From assembly GCA_016839815.1 (NCBI GenBank), contig JAEOTM010000089.1, positions 1-53,048 of the forward strand: DNA of 53,048 bases, in the 5' to 3' direction. Source of the stretch: Candidatus Hodarchaeota archaeon. GTDB taxonomy: Archaea > Asgardarchaeota > Heimdallarchaeia > Hodarchaeales > Hodarchaeaceae. Position numbers and translations under genes: made by a program. Of this stretch, positions 1 to 12,100 are shown piece after piece; position 1 is the first letter of the stretch; every line of letters starts with the position of its first letter. Below the pieces are notes generated by a model, which worked only from the letters and a program-made list of their open reading frames with translations, was not told where the DNA came from and made no database searches.

Positions 1-3000
1 ATTACGCTACAAGCATGGATTTCTACTTACTTTATAATAACACCCATCATAATGAAAACATCACAGGTTTAACAGAAGGTTCAGGCATTACTCTCGACAA
101 TACAAAGACTAGCTTTCTCAATCGGACAGGAAATTATTATTGGTTCAGAATAAGTCTAAATATAGTACCTCTGGGTCTTCACACGACGAATATTACATTT
201 TCTCATCCATACTTCGATACTAATTCAATAGTTATCAATTTTACCATAATCCCACGCCTTACGAATATCCTCGGTCAGTACAACAGTCAGTCCCTAGTTA
301 ATGATACTACAATTATCAATCAGTATTTTGCTAATAGCTCTGCGGATATTGTGGTTATCAATCTTGAGTATTTTGATGTCTTCACAGCTAATATATTGGA
401 CGTAAATACTCCCGTCATCGAAACTCTTATTCCAGTAATAGGTATTGTTGAAGAAGGAAATCTTTCGTGGACACTTACATTTAACCCAGATCAGATAGGT
501 GCTTTTATTGTCAATATCACCTTCAGTCTATCTAATTACACCAATGCTTTATTTGTTGTTCATCTCACAATAAATAAAGCGGGTACAGTCCTCTATAGTA
601 GTCTTTCATTAGATCCTACAGTATTCTATGGAACAAGTACGGATTTCTATCTGTTATATAACAATACACACCATAATGAAAATATCACTGGTTTAATAGA
701 AGGGGTAGGGATAGCTCTCAATAATACGAAAATTAGTTTCCTCAATCGCACAGGTGACTATTACTGGTTCCGATTAAGTCCAACTTCCTTACCTCTTGGA
801 TTTCATGTTACAAATATCACCTTTTCTCATACTTATTTTGAATCGAGTTCACTTATTGTTAGCTTTGAGATACTTGAACATCTCGCTAATATTAATGCTC
901 TCTATGATGGTCAAACTCTCATAAATGATACAACTGAGGTAGTACAGTATTTTTCGAATAGTACATTAGATGCTATTGTATTATATCTTGAATATTATAG
1001 TCAGCTAACGAGTACAATATTAGATACAAGCAATCCAGTTATTATTTCTCCTATCCTTGTTAACAATGTGATAGAAGAAAGTAATCATTCTTGGAGTATC
1101 ACTCTAGACCCAAATCAGACTGGAGTCTTTCTTATTAATATTACTTTCAGTTTAACAAATTATACCACTGCTCTTTTTATTTTTCATCTGACTGTTGAGA
1201 AAGCCGAAACAGAAATTGTAAATCAATTGTTTATCGATCCTTTAATCTATTATAATGAAAGTAATGACTTCTTTTTGTTATATAATAACACTAACTATAA
1301 TGAAAACATCACTGGTTTGACAGAAGGTGCAGGAATCACTCTCAGTAATACTAAACTGAGCTTTCTTAACCGATCAGGTGAGTATTACTGGTTTAGAATA
1401 AGTCCGATCTGCTTACCATTAGGGATTCATAGCTCTAATATCACATTTTCACACGCTTTCTTCAAGTCTAGTTTCATTATCTTTAGCTTTGAGGTGGTTT
1501 CCCGACCTACAAGCATTACTGGTCAATATAACAGTCAATTTATTATCAATGACACAACTACTGTTAATCAATATTTCGCAAACAGCTCCGCTGACGCTAT
1601 AACCATCAATCTCGATTATTTTGACGTGTTAACCACAAAAACACTGGATACAAGTACTCCCACTATTGAAAGTTCGATCCCTATTACTGGCACAGTTAAG
1701 GAGGGAAATCTATCCTGGACTTTCACATTTAATCCCGATTTCACAGGATTTTTCTTGATTAATATCACATTTTCTAAGGCTAATTACACCACAGGTCTCT
1801 TTATTTTCCATCTTACCGTGATTAAGGCAAAAACAGGCATTTATAGTAATCTAGTGACAGATCCTACAACTTACTACAAAGAAAGCTTTGATTTCTCTTT
1901 AGTTTATAATAATACTAATTATAACGAAAATATCACCGGTTTATTAGAAGGTACAGGGATCACTCTTAATAATACAAAGATAGATTTTCTTAATCGCACA
2001 GGTGACCGTTATTGGTTCAGATTAAGCGCAATAATTCTTCCACTCGGTTTTCACACAACAAATATTACCTTTTCACATGTGAATTTTGAATCTAGCTCAG
2101 TAAATATCAAATTTGAAGTAATTGTTCATCCTACCGTGATAAAAGGTCAATATGATGGTCAGATCCTTCTAAATGATACAACTGCTATTACAAAGTACTT
2201 TTCAAATAGTTCATTGGATTCTATCGAAATAAATCTTGAATACTCTAGTCAGATAACCGAAACGATTCTCAATTCAAGTAATCCACTAATTATCTCTCCA
2301 ATTCTTGTCAGTAATGTAATGAAAGAAACTAATCTCTCTTGGACAATTTTATTCAACCCTAATATTACAGGAACTTTTCTTATCAATATCACCTTCAGTT
2401 TATCGAACTATACAACTGCTCTCTTCATCCTCTATCTAATCATCAATAATTCTATCACTACACTTCATAGTGACTTATCTTCTGGCCCTGAAGTGTATTA
2501 CAGTGAATCTCAAGAATTTTCTCTTATATATAACAATACAATCTATAACGAAAATATTACTGGTTTAACCGAAGGCGCAGGGATCACTCTTAACAATACA
2601 AAGATAGACTTTCTCAATCGCACAGGTGAGTATTATTGGTTTAGAATAAGCCCAATAGCATTACCTCTTGGCATTCACACTACTAACATCACTTTTAGTC
2701 ACGCTTTCTTCGAATCGAGTTCATTTCTTGTAAGCTTTGATGTAATTGCACGGCCCACAGATATTGTAGGTCAGTATAGTAGCCTGATACTTGAAAATGA
2801 TTCCACAATTATCAGCCAGTATTTTGCCAATAACTCAGCAGACAGAATAATCATCAATTTTGAATTTATTGATATTTTAACAAATAGCACAATAAATACA
2901 GTAGCTCCCATAATTGAAGCTGATATTCCAGTTATAGATACGGTTAAAGAGGGAAATCTATCCTGGACGATTACCCTAGATCCAAATCAGATTGGTTTCT

Positions 3001-6000
3001 TTAAAATTAATATTTCATTTAGTTTAGCTAATCACACAAATGCCCTGTTTATCTTCTTTTTAACAGTTAATGAATCAGAAACAGTCATATACAGTAGTCT
3101 ACCCTTAAATCCAGAATTAAGTCATGGAACCTCTCTAGACTTCTTCTTACTCTACACAAACGCTATTTATCATGAGAATATAACAGGATTATCAGAAGGG
3201 GCTGGAATCACCCTCAATAATACAAAAATAAGCTTTCTCAATCGCACGGGTGATAATTATTGGTTCCGAATAAGTCCCATTATTTTGCCAGTAGGAATTC
3301 ATAGGACAAATATTTCATTTGTGCATCCTTATTATAAAAGCAACTCTTCTATCGTTATTTTTAATATCTTTGATAGATCGATGATTATAGATAATTCTCT
3401 TTCCAATCCATCAACTGAACAGAGTATAGATTTTCTACAATACGGAGAAATGTTTTTCTTCAATGTTTTCCTTAATGATAGTGAAACAAACAATCCTCTT
3501 AACGCTTCAATCCTTGCATTACCATTAAATGTTGAATTTATAGGTTCAATTAGTAATGGGAATCATTCTTTTAGTTTTAACGCCTCTCTTATAGGTAGTT
3601 TCGTTAATCTATCCATAATCTTTACTAAACAGAATTATGAATCAATTGAATACCTAGTATCCTTCACAGTATCTCCTAGGATGATGATCCTGGATAGTAA
3701 TCGGTCAACTAATCAATCGATAAACTATCTACAATTTGGTGATATATTTTACTTTTACATCTATCTTAATGATTCACGAACAGAACAATCGTTGAACATC
3801 TCAACCTATAGCGAATTACCTATCAATGTCACTTTTGAGAATTATACAATTAGTAACGGTCATCTCTTCAAGTTCAATGCACTCAATAGAGGTACTCTAA
3901 GTTTAAATCTGAATTTTTCACTGTCATATTTCAATACATTTTCACATACTCTTAATTTTACCGTAAGCAAGGCAGAATCTGAGCTTGTTACTTCTTCTCT
4001 AGTAATAAATACATATTATAATCTTGACGTTGAATTTTTCATTGTTTGGCAAAAGATTCCGAATCCAATGGTTAATACAAGTCCAATTTTCGGTATAACA
4101 AATACTAGCAACGTTCAAATCCAACCATCTCTACCAGAATGGGCTGAAAACATTATACTTTATCAAATAGATAATGGGAATTACTCATTCGTCATTCTTG
4201 CAAATCAAATCGGAACTATCACAATATTGATAACATTTCATTCAGATGATTTTAATCCTGAACCCTATCAAATCAATCTTACATTAACAATAGTTCCTGC
4301 TCCAACAGAGTTTGGTGAGACTTCACATATCAATACCTCAATACTTGGTGAAGAATCACCATTCTTCTATACTGAAACACAAGAAATTACAATTCAATGG
4401 GTAGAATCTATCTTTGGTTCAAGCATTATTGATAGTAATCCAGAATTTGAAGGCGATTGGGAAGGATTCATTACTTTTCAAGATTTCTTTGTTAATGGAA
4501 CTCATATTTTTTCAATCAATGGGTCGAAACTCGGCCTCTACCAACTCTCTATAATTTTTGAAACAGTGACCTATTCTAGAATGGAATTTGTCCTATTTTT
4601 TAATATCAGTATAATGCCAACATTTGAACCTGTGATTAATTATCAATCAGAGGGAGTTATAGGCCAATACCTCACAATCACCATTGAACAGTGGTTAAGC
4701 ATTAATAACAAGAGTGTATCAATAGGACAGATTGAAATTTACAATCAGAGTAAATCCTTATCATTTGATTCTACTATTTCTCAAGACGATCAACTGACCT
4801 TAAATCTTTCAACGGAAGAATTTAGACAAGGTGTTCACAATTTATCTCTTAATCTATCAAGTATCTATGGATTTGAGAACCATTCTCTAGATATTACGAT
4901 CAGAATTCTAGGAAGAGAGATCTCAATAGTATTGAGAATATCCCCAGAAAAGCTTGTACAAGGTGAAGATTTCGTTGTAAGCGTCTTTCTTACGTTGCTT
5001 TCAAATGAAATCGGATTAGGAGGTTGTGGAGCTGAAATTACTCTTGATTCCTTAGAAAGTATACCTGTAACATTTACAGTTGAATTACTTTATTTGAATG
5101 GAAGTGTTAAAACCTTGGTTTATCACACTGTATCTAATACTACAGGAGTTGCAGAATTTCTAGTCATGGGAAAATTTACACGGAACGCTGATGGAATTCA
5201 GGCTATTACTGTAAGTACGGGGGTAACTACTTCAATACAAGCAAGTTCACTCTCTACACCCAATAATTATATCGAACAATTTAGATTTGAAAAATCAACT
5301 AATGGTTCAGACTCTCTTTTTCCCTTACTTATTGCTCTTCTTTTGGCTGTATCAATTGGGACCACCTCTCTAGGAGTGTATAGAAGATCAAAACGGAAAA
5401 CCTCAAAGAAAAAACCAACTCAAGAGAAAATCATGGGTATCAAAAAGAAGAAACAAATTATAGACAGCTTTCCCTCTTCAATTAAGTCTTGTAAGAAGGA
5501 AATCATATATGTCTTTGACTTTGTTTTAAATAAAACCAAGGGTCGTTGGGCTGGGAAAGCATCTCTAGCAACTTTATCTAAAAATCTACCAGATGATATC
5601 TCTAAAGTAAATCTTGAATCAGTCTTCAAAGTTCTCCATGAAGAAACAAATTATTTTGTACGAGAACGATCTCTAATAGAAATAACTGAAGAAGGGAGGA
5701 CTATTGCCCCATTGGTTTTAGCTGGATCTAAAATAAAAAGAAAAACCAAACCTTCCATAGGACTTGTGGAGACTCCCAAGAATGCAAAATGGATAAATGA
5801 TTTTCCAACCTCTTTCTCAAGCTACGAGAAGGAGATAATCTATCTTTTCCAAGTAGTAATGGAGAGATTTCAAGGGAAGATTTCCCTCAAAAACCTAATT
5901 TCGCATTCATCAGCAGATCTATCAAATACTAACCTAAAATTGCTCTTTACTGACATTTCCACACAAACAAACTATTTTGTTAGAAAGAACCGGTTAATCG

Positions 6001-6050
6001 TTATCACAGAAGAAGGGAAAAAAATAGCTTCTCGTATTCTAAATGGTTAA
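1..6050 (+). CDS. Giant single-pass surface glycoprotein with 208-aa tandem beta-rich repeats and a tandem winged-helix-like cytoplasmic tail (5'-truncated)
   Basis: The frame is open upstream of ATG 15 (TAC GCT ACA AGC = YATS, matching the repeat context YGTSTDFYLLY), so the gene starts before the window. Dense N-x-S/T sequons. Hydrophobic segment LFPLLIALLLAVSIGTTSLGVY (~5316-5381) is followed by a basic stretch, then two ~80-aa repeats ending TNYFVR...ITEEG. Confidence 0.85.
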   Translation, partial: YATSMDFYLLYNNTHHNENITGLTEGSGITLDNTKTSFLNRTGNYYWFRISLNIVPLGLHTTNITFSHPYFDTNSIVINFTIIPRLTNILGQYNSQSLVNDTTIINQYFANSSADIVVINLEYFDVFTANILDVNTPVIETLIPVIGIVEEGNLSWTLTFNPDQIGAFIVNITFSLSNYTNALFVVHLTINKAGTVLYSSLSLDPTVFYGTSTDFYLLYNNTHHNENITGLIEGVGIALNNTKISFLNRTGDYYWFRLSPTSLPLGFHVTNITFSHTYFESSSLIVSFEILEHLANINALYDGQTLINDTTEVVQYFSNSTLDAIVLYLEYYSQLTSTILDTSNPVIISPILVNNVIEESNHSWSITLDPNQTGVFLINITFSLTNYTTALFIFHLTVEKAETEIVNQLFIDPLIYYNESNDFFLLYNNTNYNENITGLTEGAGITLSNTKLSFLNRSGEYYWFRISPICLPLGIHSSNITFSHAFFKSSFIIFSFEVVSRPTSITGQYNSQFIINDTTTVNQYFANSSADAITINLDYFDVLTTKTLDTSTPTIESSIPITGTVKEGNLSWTFTFNPDFTGFFLINITFSKANYTTGLFIFHLTVIKAKTGIYSNLVTDPTTYYKESFDFSLVYNNTNYNENITGLLEGTGITLNNTKIDFLNRTGDRYWFRLSAIILPLGFHTTNITFSHVNFESSSVNIKFEVIVHPTVIKGQYDGQILLNDTTAITKYFSNSSLDSIEINLEYSSQITETILNSSNPLIISPILVSNVMKETNLSWTILFNPNITGTFLINITFSLSNYTTALFILYLIINNSITTLHSDLSSGPEVYYSESQEFSLIYNNTIYNENITGLTEGAGITLNNTKIDFLNRTGEYYWFRISPIALPLGIHTTNITFSHAFFESSSFLVSFDVIARPTDIVGQYSSLILENDSTIISQYFANNSADRIIINFEFIDILTNSTINTVAPIIEADIPVIDTVKEGNLSWTITLDPNQIGFFKINISFSLANHTNALFIFFLTVNESETVIYSSLPLNPELSHGTSLDFFLLYTNAIYHENITGLSEGAGITLNNTKISFLNRTGDNYWFRISPIILPVGIHRTNISFVHPYYKSNSSIVIFNIFDRSMIIDNSLSNPSTEQSIDFLQYGEMFFFNVFLNDSETNNPLNASILALPLNVEFIGSISNGNHSFSFNASLIGSFVNLSIIFTKQNYESIEYLVSFTVSPRMMILDSNRSTNQSINYLQFGDIFYFYIYLNDSRTEQSLNISTYSELPINVTFENYTISNGHLFKFNALNRGTLSLNLNFSLSYFNTFSHTLNFTVSKAESELVTSSLVINTYYNLDVEFFIVWQKIPNPMVNTSPIFGITNTSNVQIQPSLPEWAENIILYQIDNGNYSFVILANQIGTITILITFHSDDFNPEPYQINLTLTIVPAPTEFGETSHINTSILGEESPFFYTETQEITIQWVESIFGSSIIDSNPEFEGDWEGFITFQDFFVNGTHIFSINGSKLGLYQLSIIFETVTYSRMEFVLFFNISIMPTFEPVINYQSEGVIGQYLTITIEQWLSINNKSVSIGQIEIYNQSKSLSFDSTISQDDQLTLNLSTEEFRQGVHNLSLNLSSIYGFENHSLDITIRILGREISIVLRISPEKLVQGEDFVVSVFLTLLSNEIGLGGCGAEITLDSLESIPVTFTVELLYLNGSVKTLVYHTVSNTTGVAEFLVMGKFTRNADGIQAITVSTGVTTSIQASSLSTPNNYIEQFRFEKSTNGSDSLFPLLIALLLAVSIGTTSLGVYRRSKRKTSKKKPTQEKIMGIKKKKQIIDSFPSSIKSCKKEIIYVFDFVLNKTKGRWAGKASLATLSKNLPDDISKVNLESVFKVLHEETNYFVRERSLIEITEEGRTIAPLVLAGSKIKRKTKPSIGLVETPKNAKWINDFPTSFSSYEKEIIYLFQVVMERFQGKISLKNLISHSSADLSNTNLKLLFTDISTQTNYFVRKNRLIVITEEGKKIASRILNG
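18..3370 (+). repeat. Intragenic tandem repeat with an exact 624-nt (208-aa) period, at least 5.5 copies
   Basis: The motif [DE]FxLxYxNxxxxENITGLxEGxGIxLxNTKxxFLNRxGxxYWFR starts at 18, 642, 1266, 1890, 2514 and 3138. Confidence 0.95.
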
Positions 6051-6153
6051 TTTCAGAAATAACCTTTAGGTGAGAATGGAAATATTTTAATCAGTCCTAT
6101 TAATAAAAAATAACTAAGAGTAATCAAAATTCATTCTATGGAGTAAATGACTT

Positions 6154-9100
6154 ATGAGAATTAATCGGTGGCAGTCTACTAGACAATATCATTGGGTTGG
6201 GATTCTTTTAATTTTAACCTTACTACTGGGTTCATTCCCCGTTCAGCTAATTCTTGCAACAACTTCAAACGATTCCATTCAAAAAAATGGTAAAACACAT
6301 CCTTTATCAAAAATTACAGGTTTTAATGAAGTACCAAGGTTAACTGGAAAGATAACTCCTATTCCTGATGCTGATACCAGTTTCAATACTGATTCAACTG
6401 AATCTCAGTTAAACAATCATTCGACAGCAAATTTTGCTATAGGTAGCCAGTCGGGTACTGGTGGAGGAACTATTACTATACGTGATTCCTTTAATTGGAC
6501 TGGAACAGAGGCAATGAATACTACAAATCAGTATAATGCAAGTGAAATACCCTCTATTCGTACCGATTCAATTACCATCACGAATTCTACTGGTTTTAAC
6601 AGGAATGAAGCGTACTTTAATATTACTGATGTTGTCGCAGAATCAGACAAACGCGCAATAGAAGAATTTGGAGACCCTTTGTTACCTTATTCTACATCCA
6701 GAGCTTCTGGCGGTATTACTAACTGGCATTTCGAGATGGCCATGTCTTTCACTATTCAAGATGACTATGCCAACCTTACAAAAGTACGAACTTACACAGA
6801 TGGGTTTGGTAGTGCAACAGGGCAAATATACATTGTAAACTCCACCTCAGGTGCACCAGACGACTCTTTACTTCTCTCTTCTAAAGAAAATTTGGCCAGT
6901 TCTGGATTAGATCCAAGTTGGCATGAATATACTTTCGATTCTCCTGTTCTACTCCGTAGTGGGATTACATATTACGTAGTAATGAATGAAACCAATAGTG
7001 ATGATGTTAATAACTTCTGGTTTTGGCCATATGTTCAAGATGGGAGAGATGATGGAAAGGTCTATTATAAGTATAATACTCACGGACCTACCCAGTGGAC
7101 TAACCAACCTGGACAAGACCTTCCCCTTGATATAGAAGTCTTACCAGTAGAACATAACGGAACAGCTTATGTGGCCAAAACGTACTCTATTCCTACAGAC
7201 ATAGGCTTCAGCTACAATACCTCAGTTGATAATACAGAACTTTCCTCGTTTTGGTTTCCATGGAATGGTACAGAAACTCATACATTCCAAACTTCTAGCT
7301 CAGTTTCATTTAACTTAGAATTTATTGCAAATTATACAGCCACAGCCAACCCTCTTACCGGTTCTACCTCATACTTAGTTCAGAATGCTACCTCAAGTCA
7401 GTGGAATGTGTCATTTTCCACTTCATCGGTAAATACGACTTTTTCAGTAACCGATCGTACCATGGTAGTTCAAGGACTGGCAAATGATTGGGATGGAAGT
7501 GCCATTTTCCATGGAAGTTCCTTAGTCTATAACACTTCTGCTTCTGGTGGATTAAATGGCTCAATTGCCTATATTACGAATTCTGAGATTATGACTATTC
7601 ACGCTTCCAAGCTCACTACGGCTGAGACGTGGGCTATTTCGTTTACTGCCCTGAATTATCTACTTGATTTCTCCCTCTCACGAGGAGGATCCTCACTCAC
7701 CTTTCCCTACCAAGCCAATGTGACAGATGTGCTGGATCTAGAATTTAATGTTCAGACAGCTGGGAACACTAGTTATTGGATAGATTATCCCGACGGTACC
7801 CAAGTACAAAAGGGAACGGATATTAACAGTACTCATATCAATTTCAGCAAAGAATGGAATATCAATTCCTCGGTGGATCAAACCACCAATATCAACGGAA
7901 CATATGGTTTACAGGCTTTCTGGATTAACGCTGATAAAACCAAAGTGGGGACGTTTACTCGTCAATTAGCAGTTTATGTAAATACGTCATTATCAGTGAC
8001 AGCTGAAGGAGAAGTAATACGAGGGGAACTATTTAAGGTTTCATCTATTTATAGAAGTATTCACAACAACTCTGGAATTAGGGATGTTACAATTTGGTGT
8101 AACACAAGCTGGACTACAAATACAACAATGACCCCTCTGTTTAATGGATCTTATACTGTTTCTTTAGGGGATACTCTAAATGAAGGACCAGGTTATATTG
8201 GTACAGTAGTTATTACCACTCAAGTGGATTGGTTTGTAAATTGGATAGAAATAATTACGGTAAAGTTCGTTGACAATTCCTCCATTAGTGTAAATAACAC
8301 AAACATTGGAGTAGAATGGCGTGAGAACACTACAATCAAGATTGATTATTTGAATTCTATAGGAGGTCCTATCACTGATGGTGTTGTACAGATAGGAGGA
8401 AATAACGCAGTTTACATAACTGATGCATACTACTACCGAATGAATTCGACTGATTACGGAAGTGATGGTTTTTATCCCAATATTCTTGTCAATGCGACTC
8501 ATTCAAACTATCTATCACAAATAAGCTACATAGATCTCTTGATCACTCCTGGAATCACCAGTATTAGGAGCAGTCCTTTTGCTAATGACTCAAACCAAAA
8601 TATTGCTTATGCTAATAGTTCTGCAGATGTTGTATCATTTAATCTCCAATATTACCATAATCTAACTAATGACAATCTTTCTACGAGTGCTCCAACTATT
8701 GAATCTCTACTTCCAGTAGTAAGTTCTCCTGGTGTTGAAAATTCTTGGATTATTGATTTGAACCCTAACCAATCTGGTGTTTTCATCTTCAATATTACCT
8801 TTAATCTCGGTAATTATAATCCTGCATTTTTCACTTTCAGTTTAACTGTTCAAGAGGCTCAAACAAGGATTCAAACCAACTTTTTGAATGATACTCAGGT
8901 CTACTATGCAGAAAGTTACGCATTTTCAGTCTTTTACAGTAATATAGACTGGATTGAAAATATCACCTTCGATCCAATTATCTCTGTTACACTTTTACTC
9001 AGTAATGTCGAAAAAGTACAATTCTTAAACCGTACAGGTGATTTGTATTGGTTTGAATTTGATTATAATCCGCTAGCTGTTGGGATTGGAGCACATTCGG

Positions 9101-12100
9101 TAACAATTACTTTTCAAGGAATTGACTATTTAGAATCTCATTCTCTCGTTGTCATCTTTGAGGTAATAAAGAGTCCGTATGTTGCATTAGATGGCCGAGA
9201 AACAGTAAGTGGTGACTTATTAGTTAACACTACAAGTAGTTATTCCAGGGCATTCTCACCCAATGAGTATGATAATCTTACACTTTCTTTCAGCTATTAT
9301 AGGAATAAGACGGGTCAAATTTTGGATATTTCAATGTCCGAAATTGTATTCCTCAAAGATCTTTCTGTTGCTAACATTTCTATAAAAGAATTAAACTATA
9401 ATTGGAGTTTCATTCTTGATGGATCAATAATTGGTACATTTCTTATCAGTATTACCTTTTCTCATGAAAATTATAGCTCTCTCACCTTTCAAATTGAGTA
9501 TCAGATTGTTCAGGCCACAAGCTCGATTACCAATTATGACTCAACTAATCTCGACAATCCTAGTCCAGGTATCAATGCAAGTGAGAAATCAAGTAATTCA
9601 ATTGAATTTTGGATGGTATGGACTAGTCAATATGGAGAATCGATTTCAGATACAGATGGTGTTTTGAGTTCAAATGTCACTCTCTTAGTTTTCTTAAACT
9701 CGACTGATATCTTAGGTACATACTATCACTACTTTAGATATACAGCTGCAGAAATTGGGATCGATACTATTGATTTAACATTTGGTACTGTTAACTATAC
9801 TGATCTCATCATTACTCTCTACTTTAATGTAACGGATCGAGGATTAGTTATCAATGATGTTCTTTCCACGCACCCGAACAATTGGCCCTCTACTGTTGGA
9901 TATCTTCAGTATGGTGATAGATATTATTTCAACGTAATAATTAATGATAGCGAGGATGGTAGTCCTGTCGATATTACTGTTTTTACTGGTTTAGATATCT
10001 ACAATATAACGTTTGTTAATGTTTCAAACGGAAATCATCTTTTCTTTTATGAAGCATGGATTATCGCTACTTTAAGTTCAGTTCAGTTATCTATTCGGTT
10101 CACAAAAGCCAACTACGCATCTGCCAATTACTTCATTAATTTCTTCGTGAAATCAGCCGAATCAACTATCGCTACGGCTCCTTCCTCAGTTAATACCTAT
10201 TATTCACAAAACTTGAACTTTTCTATCCTTTGGCAAAGTGAAGTAAATCCTAACGCACCATTTACTCCTATTTACGGAATCAATAGTACATTGATTTCTT
10301 CTCCTCTACCTGTAGTATATACTAGCTTAACAAATGGTAATTATACCTTCACAGTTATTGCTAACCAGACTGGAGTATTTGTACTATCGATATTTTTCTT
10401 TTCTCCATTTTTCGAAGACCAAGAACATAGTATAACCATTTTTATAGCTAAAGTTCCCACAGAACTAGGAGTAACTACCCACTCTAATGCAAGTAGTATT
10501 CCCTCCGAGATATATTACTCTGATTCTTATGATTTCACTATTGGTTGGTTAAGCAGCTTTAATGCCTCAGGTATTCAAGATAAATCTCCACAAGTTGTGG
10601 TAGATGTTTCAGGAAATGTAACATTTGTCACATCCTTTGCAAACGGCACACATAAGTTTAAAATATATGCTGATGCGTTAGGTGTTTATCAGATATCCAT
10701 CACGTTAGAAACAGCGAACTTTGGGAAACTCCTCTACATATTAGACTATCAAGTCAGTAAAATGCCCACGTTAACGATATTTGCTGAAAATATTACCTTA
10801 GTTGATACCATATATGTAGAAGAATCGTTTATTCTTAATGGCTCAGGTTATCAAACTTACCGTGGAGAAAATATCAGTGTGATTGATGAACTCTCAATCT
10901 GGTTGAATGGTACCTTGGTTAATGCTGGCCAAATTCAAATCAATAACGCTTCGTATTATTTTGAGCTATCAGTTTCGACACTGAATTTTGCTTATGGCTT
11001 TTATAATATTTCATTATTAGTAAACAGCTCAGGTTACGAACCACAATTTGTGAATTTAACCATAGTTCTTCTAGGAAGGAGTTTGAATGTTGATGTCAGT
11101 CTTCCTGTCAGTACAATCCAACAAGGAGAGAATATCACGATTGATGTGACTTTAACGTATGTGGCATTAATAAATGCTGGTTTTGGATCTACAAGCATGC
11201 TCGCTCCATGGACGGATATCATTGTCCATTATTATGTTGAGATGGACTTTACTAATGGGTCTACAAAAGTCCTTGAAACTGATATTAATGTAGATATTCT
11301 CGGTCATGCTTCCTATTTAATTCCTGGTAGCCTTACGAAATCTGCTAGTGGTTTCTCAAATATTACAGTATTTATCTCTGGATCATCAACTAGCCTACCA
11401 ACGTCATATTCGATGTCAGATGAAGAGTTAAATGAGATTAAGATTACAGAATTTCTTGATCCACTGGAGATTTTAATCCCTGCACTAATAGGCCTAGTTA
11501 TATTGCTATTTATAGTCAGTAGTGTCTATTATGTAAATAGAAAGCGTGTATCTCGGTCTCAAGTAAAGAGATTTGCAGAAATAACGGTAGAACAAGGATT
11601 TGAGGATATTAAATCCATACGTTTAATCCTAGCTCGTCACCAATCAGGTTTACAATTCTATTCAGAGAAGACTATTGCAGAATTACAGACTGATACTGAT
11701 GCTTTATCTGGTATGAGTGCTGCACTCTCTTCATTTATGGAGGAACTTTCTGAAAGTATGTCTTCTCAATCCGAAGAAGAAACTGAACGTGATAAGATCG
11801 AATTTCTAAGCCGTGAGGGTCTTCACATGTTAATTTGGCATGGATATCACTCCAGTCTGATCATTATCTCCGAGGTAAGATTACCTGATTACTTCCAAAC
11901 CAACTTGAAAGCCTTAGGGCATGAACTTGAGGATAAGTATCTGACCGAATTACAGGATTTCTATAGTAGCGATCAAATTCCTAATACTGTAGTTAAAAAG
12001 ATGGTTCGCAGATATATTCCTCTTCACTACTTCTCCGCCTACGTTTTGAATGAAGGAGTTCTTACACTTGATTCTGTGAAGTTATCTCGCAAGTATGTTA

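Noticed and set aside
18-3370. Repeats as a CRISPR array or a diversity-generating retroelement template/variable pair
   Set aside because: They are long in-frame coding repeats with no spacers. Differences are not confined to adenines, and no reverse transcriptase or cas gene is present.
6068-6146. Mini-ORFs (ATG GAA ATA TTT TAA; ATG GAG TAA) between the giant genes
   Set aside because: They are too short, the RBS spacing is implausible, and such ORFs are expected by chance.
5010-11200. Gly-rich juxtamembrane loops (GLGGCGAE and AGFGSTSM) as SEA/GAIN-like autoproteolysis sites
   Set aside because: When aligned, the Cys of ORF1 matches Phe in ORF2 and the Ser matches Ala, so no nucleophile is conserved.
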